DNA from: Octopus bimaculoides
Lineage: Eukaryota
Assembly: GCF_001194135.2 (NCBI RefSeq)
Contig: NC_069005.1
Coordinates: 22,987,819 to 23,040,536, forward strand
Length of the DNA stretch: 52,718 bases
Direction: 5' to 3'
Numbering within the stretch: position 1 is the first letter of the stretch; every line of letters starts with the position of its first letter. Position numbers and translations under genes: made by a program. This document shows, piece by piece, positions 47,101 through 52,718 of the stretch. The notes under the pieces were generated by a model. That model was not told where the DNA came from. It did not search any database and saw only the letters and a list, made by a program, of their open reading frames with translations.

Positions 47101-47874
47101 TATATACATACATTCATTATTTATTTGTGAGTTAACGAGATTACTATTGGTTTCATGCTGAGAAAAGGGGGGTTTTTTCCGCATGAAACCAATGCTAGCT
47201 TTTTTAACCCACAAATATTAAATATCTATCCATCAATGCGGTGTTGAGCACTAATTCTCACTGTTCGATAGTTGCGTAGATGTGTGAGTGTCTATGTCTG
47301 CGTGTGTATGTTTTTATGTGTGTACATATGCATGTATGCGTACACACATACATACATGTACATACATGTACATACATATGTATATACATACATACATACA
47401 TACATACATAAATACATGCATACATACATAAATGATACATACATGCATATATATACACACACAAAGTGTCCAGTGATCGCAGGAAGGTTTCGAAAACTGT
47501 TGATGTAATCCTAAACTTTCTTATCATGATTTCCTGATGGGAAAGAGATACGCTTAGATCTATCGGGTTTCAAAACTTTTGTACGATCACTGGACTTTCT
47601 GTTTATAAATAAAAACACAACTATGCACTTAAATATAATGATGCCTCTCTTGTATGAACGATCTTCATCTTAATCTAGTTTACATTATTCGTATATACAT
47701 ACTCACACACACACACACACACACGAGTCCTAGTCAACTTGATCTTCACAAACTATGTGACTCGGCTCTCAGTTATTGTCTCATGTCATCAGTGAATGTT
47801 GAGCTGTTTTCCTTAATCTTGTTTCAGAATGATGACCGTACTTTAAAACACGCACAATCACTGCCCACACGCAT

Positions 47875-47921
<47 letters not shown>

Positions 47922-47959
47922 CNNNNNNNNNNNNNNNNNNNNNNNNNNNNNNNNNNNNN

Positions 47960-47992
<33 letters not shown>

Positions 47993-48157
47993 TCATACGC
48001 ACACATACACACTCACAAACTTATGCATCATGTGTGTAATTTATGTGTGTGTGTGTGTGTGTGTAGGTCAAAAATATACAAAAAAGAAAAAGACAGAGAC
48101 AAGTGAGGAAACAACAAACAGAATGTTCTAGTTTGGCGCTCGGGAAAAATGGAAAAA

Positions 48158-48196
48158 GTCTTCGACGTTTCAAGCCTACGTTCTTGTACAGAAGGG
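48158..48196 (-). ncRNA. Decayed minimal hammerhead-like motif (same family as 34683)
   Basis: Minus strand CUU-CUGUACA-A-GAACGUAGGCUU-GAAA-CGUC-GAAGAC, then TTCCCGAGCGCCAAACTAGAACAT as in the 34720 flank. Confidence 0.45.
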
Positions 48197-48300
48197 AACG
48201 AAGAGAGAAAACAGAGGGAGAGAAAAACAAATGAGAAGAGGGAAAATGGAGAGATAAAAACGTGTTTGGATTAGCGGTTGCACGTATTGAATATATATTC

Positions 48301-48716
48301 GCAGGAGTGGCTGTGTGGTAGGTAGCTTGCTTACGAACCACATGGTTCCGGGTTCAGTCCCACTGCGTGGCACCTTGGGCAAGGTGTCTTCTATTATAGT
48401 CTCGGGCCGACCAAAGACTTGTGAGTGGATTTGGTAGACGGAAACTGAAAGAAGCCCGTCGTATATATGTATATATATATATATTTATGTGTGTATATGT
48501 TTGTGTATCTGTGTTTGTCCCCACAACATCGCTTGACAGCCGATGCTGGTGTGTTTACGTCCCCGTAACTTAGCGCTTCGGCTAAAAGAGACCGATAGAG
48601 TAAGCACTAGGTTTACAAAGAATAAGTCTTGGAGTCGATTTGTTCGACTAAAGGCAGTGCTCTAGCACGGCCACAGTCAAATGACTGAAACAAATATAAG
48701 AATAAAAGAATGAAAG
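48301..48716 (+). mobile_element. SINE family C, full length
   Basis: Head GGCTGTGTGGTAGG...GGTTCAGTCCC; CORE-like GGCACCTTGGGCAAG; internal (TA)/(TG) tract; tail GACTGAAACAAATATAAGAATAAAAG. Confidence 0.9.
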
Positions 48717-48959
48717 ATTTTATTGGGCAGCCGAAAGCTTTACGAATAGTTACACGGTTCCGATCCTCCTACGAAAAAGAAGAAAAGAGAACATTTGGAC
48801 AATGTTTAGCGGAACGCATAAACAACAGTAGAAATAGATATTGAACACTGCCTGGAACTCCTCCACATCTTTGGAAAGAAAGGATTTTGTCGGTTCGATA
48901 GTTTAAACATTGAAGACCTACAATATTAATGAATAAAAACGAAATCAATTACAGCAGAA

Positions 48960-49395
48960 ATGGAAAGGGAGGAGCATGAAGAGAAATAGTCAAGGAGGAG
49001 GAGGAGGGGAGGAGGAGGAGGAAGAAGAAGAAGAAGAAGTGGTAGAAAAAGAAAAGAGGACGAGAAAAAAGAAATAGAAAAAGAAAGAGAAAAAACAGAA
49101 GAGGAAGAAGAAAGAAGTGGAAGAAAAAAGAACAAGCAAGGAAAAGAAGAAAAGAGGACGAAAAAGTAGTAGTAGTAGTAGGAGGAGGAGGAGGAGGAAA
49201 AGAAAGTGAAGAGGAAGTAATAGAAGTGAGACAAGAAAAATTGAATAAAAAGAAGAAAAACAGGAAAATAAAAAACGAAGAAGAAGAAGAAGAAGAAGAA
49301 GAAGAAGAAGAAGAAGAAAAAGAAGAAGAAGAAAAAAGACGAAAAAGGAAGAAGAGGAGGAGGAGGGGAAGAAGAAATAGCGGAGGAGGAGAAGG
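48960..49395. repeat. Purine-rich (GAA/GGA) low-complexity tract
   Basis: Direct inspection. Confidence 0.85.
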
Positions 49396-49627
49396 GAACA
49401 ATGTAATGTTACGTCGGGGACGGTTAGACACAGACGGACTGAAATATGAATAAAATATAAGCAATATGAGAAAAATAAATATACAAAGAGAAAAATATCA
49501 TTAAAGCCATTTAAAAATGTAAACGAGACATTCGTAACAAAATATTTGCGGAATATAAAATAATAATAAGTTTTATAAATTGGTTGTAAAATGCGCCAAA
49601 ACAAAATAAAATATTGATGTGTACATG

Positions 49628-49698
<71 letters not shown>

Positions 49699-50073
49699 NN
49701 NNNNNNNNNNNNNNNNNNNNNNNNNNNNNNNNNNNNNNNNNNNNNNNNNNNNNNNNNNNNNNNNNNNNNNNNNNNNNNNNNNNNNNNNNNNNNNNNNNNN
49801 NNNNNNNNNNNNNNNNNNNNNNNNNNNNNNNNNNNNNNNNNNNNNNNNNNNNNNNNNNNNNNNNNNNNNNNNNNNNNNNNNNNNNNNNNNNNNNNNNNNN
49901 NNNNNNNNNNNNNNNNNNNNNNNNNNNNNNNNNNNNNNNNNNNNNNNNNNNNNNNNNNNNNNNNNNNNNNNNNNNNNNNNNNNNNNNNNNNNNNNNNNNN
50001 NNNNNNNNNNNNNNNNNNNNNNNNNNNNNNNNNNNNNNNNNNNNNNNNNNNNNNNNNNNNNNNNNNNNNNNNN

Positions 50074-50100
<27 letters not shown>

Positions 50101-50104
<4 letters not shown>

Positions 50105-50907
50105 AGATAAGCAACAGGATATCAAGTAGTAATGCAGTACGACCGTTTCAAGTGGCTCCAAACTAACAATTATAGTTATCATACTTGAACTTTGATGGTG
50201 GGAATTAATTTTGGTTTCGTATCCCGTTATAGACTTTCCCTCCAGTATAAAATAGGAAAATTATGGGATATTATGTTATATGGTGGATTATATTACATTA
50301 CATATGTTATATGCTATGTGTTGTGTTATACGGCGGGCTATATATAATATTATCCTATGATAATCCCTGCCTAGTTAGTCTGACTTCATCCTATTTTGGT
50401 GATTACTCTTTTTTCCTTTCCATGATAATCTATCCTACTAGTCATGTTATGTATCTTTGTTGTGACTTTATGAAAGTAAGTCTCCCTTTGACTAAACCCT
50501 AACCCCCTAGAAACTATAAAATCATACATACAATAACACCTGTAATATTTTAACTAATAAAACCCCTTCAGTTTGAATACCTGTAACTGTCCTCACTACT
50601 TCCAGACCTATTCCCCCCTCTTTTCAGGTTACCTTTATCTTTTCCCTGTCTCTAATTTTAATCCCCTTTCTTTTTATATGTAGGTTATATATATTTCTTA
50701 TAATTCTCTATAAACTCTTATTATTTTGTTTTTTTATTTTGATATCCTTACCTATTAACCTCTTATCCCTTATAAATTGCTATTTTCTTGTTCTTAAATT
50801 GATATTTATCAGTTATTTAGGTCAATGTAAAATACATAAGTATCTTGCATTCATATATTCATATTCATATAAGCGTATATTTGTGTATACGTATGTATAC
50901 ATATATG

Positions 50908-50986
<79 letters not shown>

Positions 50987-52010
50987 ATATATATATATAA
51001 GCCTTCTTTGTATATGTATCTATGCATTATTTTACACTTTACACATACTTATATCAGCACATATTTTTCGAGTATTTATATTTTTAATACTTTAGATTTT
51101 ATAATTTTTGTTTACATATATCTATATATTACCATTATCTCAACATCCCGCTTCTGATTCATGGCTTAAAATTAATAGATCGTTTGTATATCTTTCCAGA
51201 GCTGTCTTCATAGAAGCCACCTAATAATTAATTATTTAAGTACAAGAATGGATATTAAACTTATTCTATATAATCTTCCTTTTTATATTTATAATTGATA
51301 CATACACACTTTTTAGCTATTTTGGCAATGATATCATTTTGGAATTCATAAATTTTATTTTATACAATATAACAATATTGTCTATAAATGTTCCCCTATC
51401 ATGCTCCTAATAAATTTTGCCTGTATTAGCATCTTAAGTTTGTTTAGTATCTTGCCCCTTAACTGGTAATTAACATCATGATTTAAAGTCTACTCCTAGC
51501 TGGCTCTTTTTTATAAACAGTTACTTCTATCAAATTGACTCTTCCTAATGTTTTATTTCCTTTCTCTTAAGAAAATGGGATACCTATGATAATATTTATG
51601 ACCATACCGAGCCATAAAATCTCAACTCTCTTGTTCTTTATTCAAAATAGACACAGTCTTCTAGTCTCAGATTTAATAGATGATGAAGAGATAAATAAAT
51701 TAGAAATGAATTACCACCCTTACAAAACTATGACCCCACTATGCTCCACGCGATTCTAAGAAATTATAGTCTATTCTTAGCTACAATAGCGACAACATGA
51801 ATTTCTTCGATCTTCTTTCTCTCTTAAAATATTTAAGAAAAATTATATTAATGTGTCCTACTTCTTAAAAAATTCTATATTTTGTGCAGCTGAAGATAGT
51901 ACTGCATTTAAATTGATGTAATGATTGTATTGTTCAATTAAATGGATTCGCTTGAAACGGTCGTACTGCATTACTACTTTGATATCCAGTTGCTTATTTT
52001 GATTTTATTC
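50101..52010. mobile_element. Inverted pair of Penelope-like terminal segments about 1.8 kb apart
   Basis: 50101-50160 is the reverse complement of about 51943-52004, with an 18-nt exact core GTAATGCAGTACGACCGT; both copies carry GAAACGGTCGTA. Confidence 0.6.
51885..51970 (+). ncRNA. Type I hammerhead ribozyme motif
   Basis: UGCAG-CUGAAGA(51890-51896)-U-AGU...CAUUUAAAUUGA/UCAAUUAAAUG...GCU-U-GAAA(51954-51957)-CGGUCG-UA-CUGCA; perfect 5-bp stem I; GUA triplet. Confidence 0.7.
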
Positions 52011-52120
52011 ACCTTACTTCGAGCTGTGCGGATAATACCAGACTGACTCGATGCTTCAACTTGAGTACCTAAATCAACTGAATCTTAATTATTTCTTATA
52101 TATATATACATATATACACA

Positions 52121-52718
52121 CAGGAGTTGGACAAAATAATGGAAACACATTAAAATTTCAAACAAATTAATTTTAATATGGGGTAGGACAGCCTTTTGCA
52201 GTAATTACAGCTTGAATTCTACGAGGTACGGACTCGTACAAAGTTTGAATTGTTTCCAAAGGAATTTTTGTCCATTCTTCAGCTAAAACAGTCTCTAGTT
52301 CTTGTAGTGATGATGGTGAAGGATATCGACTCCTTACTTGTTTTTCTAAAATGCACCATAAATATTCAATAATATTGAAATCTGTGGACTGTGGTGGCCA
52401 GATAAGATGTTCAACTTCACTAGAATGTTCCTCGTGCCATTCAGTAACAACTTTAGCCGCGTGAACTGGTGCACTATCATCCTGAAAGATTGCGTTTCCC
52501 CTCCGAAAATAGTTCCGCAATCATGGGATGAATTTGATAAGATAAAATTCCAAGATATAACACCCCTCCCACTAGATCATCACTGATCCTCCTCCATGTT
52601 TAACAGTTAGAAGAAGGCCGTCTGGGTCAAATGTTTCTTTTGGCTGTCTCCACACTTATACTCGGCCGGTGGTCGGAAATATGGTAAAGGATGACTCGTC
52701 CGAGGAAATAACATTCTT
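52121..52718 (-). mobile_element. Decayed Tc1-like DNA transposon: right TIR and transposase DDE domain (DD36E)
   Basis: TIR CAGGAGTTGGACAAAATAATGGAAACAC; motifs SDESSF...KHGGGSVMI and FQDDSAPVH...WPPQSTDFNIIEYLW...RRIQAVITAKG; stops, a deletion and a frameshift upstream of the second D. Confidence 0.92.

Overview
Eukaryotic, AT-rich, microsatellite-saturated draft genomic DNA with many N gaps. The repeat content (tRNA-derived SINEs with CORE-like and Meta/MESC-like cores, Dong/R4, RTE and Penelope remnants) looks like an octopod cephalopod; the taxon is my inference. One convincing host coding exon is visible (25371-26040, +): signal peptide, coiled coil, then ...YPK at a phase-1 GT donor, the layout expected for the first exon of a secreted angiopoietin/fibrinogen-related protein. 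The rest is intergenic or intronic and filled with about 30 SINE copies, hAT and Tc1/pogo MITEs, a decayed DD36E Tc1-like transposase, a Ty3/Gypsy LTR-PBS-gag stub, LINE remnants, two long fold-backs and several TE-derived minisatellites. The most interesting signal is a set of nine hammerhead-ribozyme-like motifs of the minimal, Penelope-associated type (two are 3' halves only). Several have full stems. Most lie tens to a few hundred nt upstream of a (TA)n tract, and two loci are outward-facing inverted pairs. No rRNA, real tRNA gene or CRISPR array is supported. Almost all ORFs in the supplied track are microsatellite or N-gap artefacts. All alignments and folds were done by eye.
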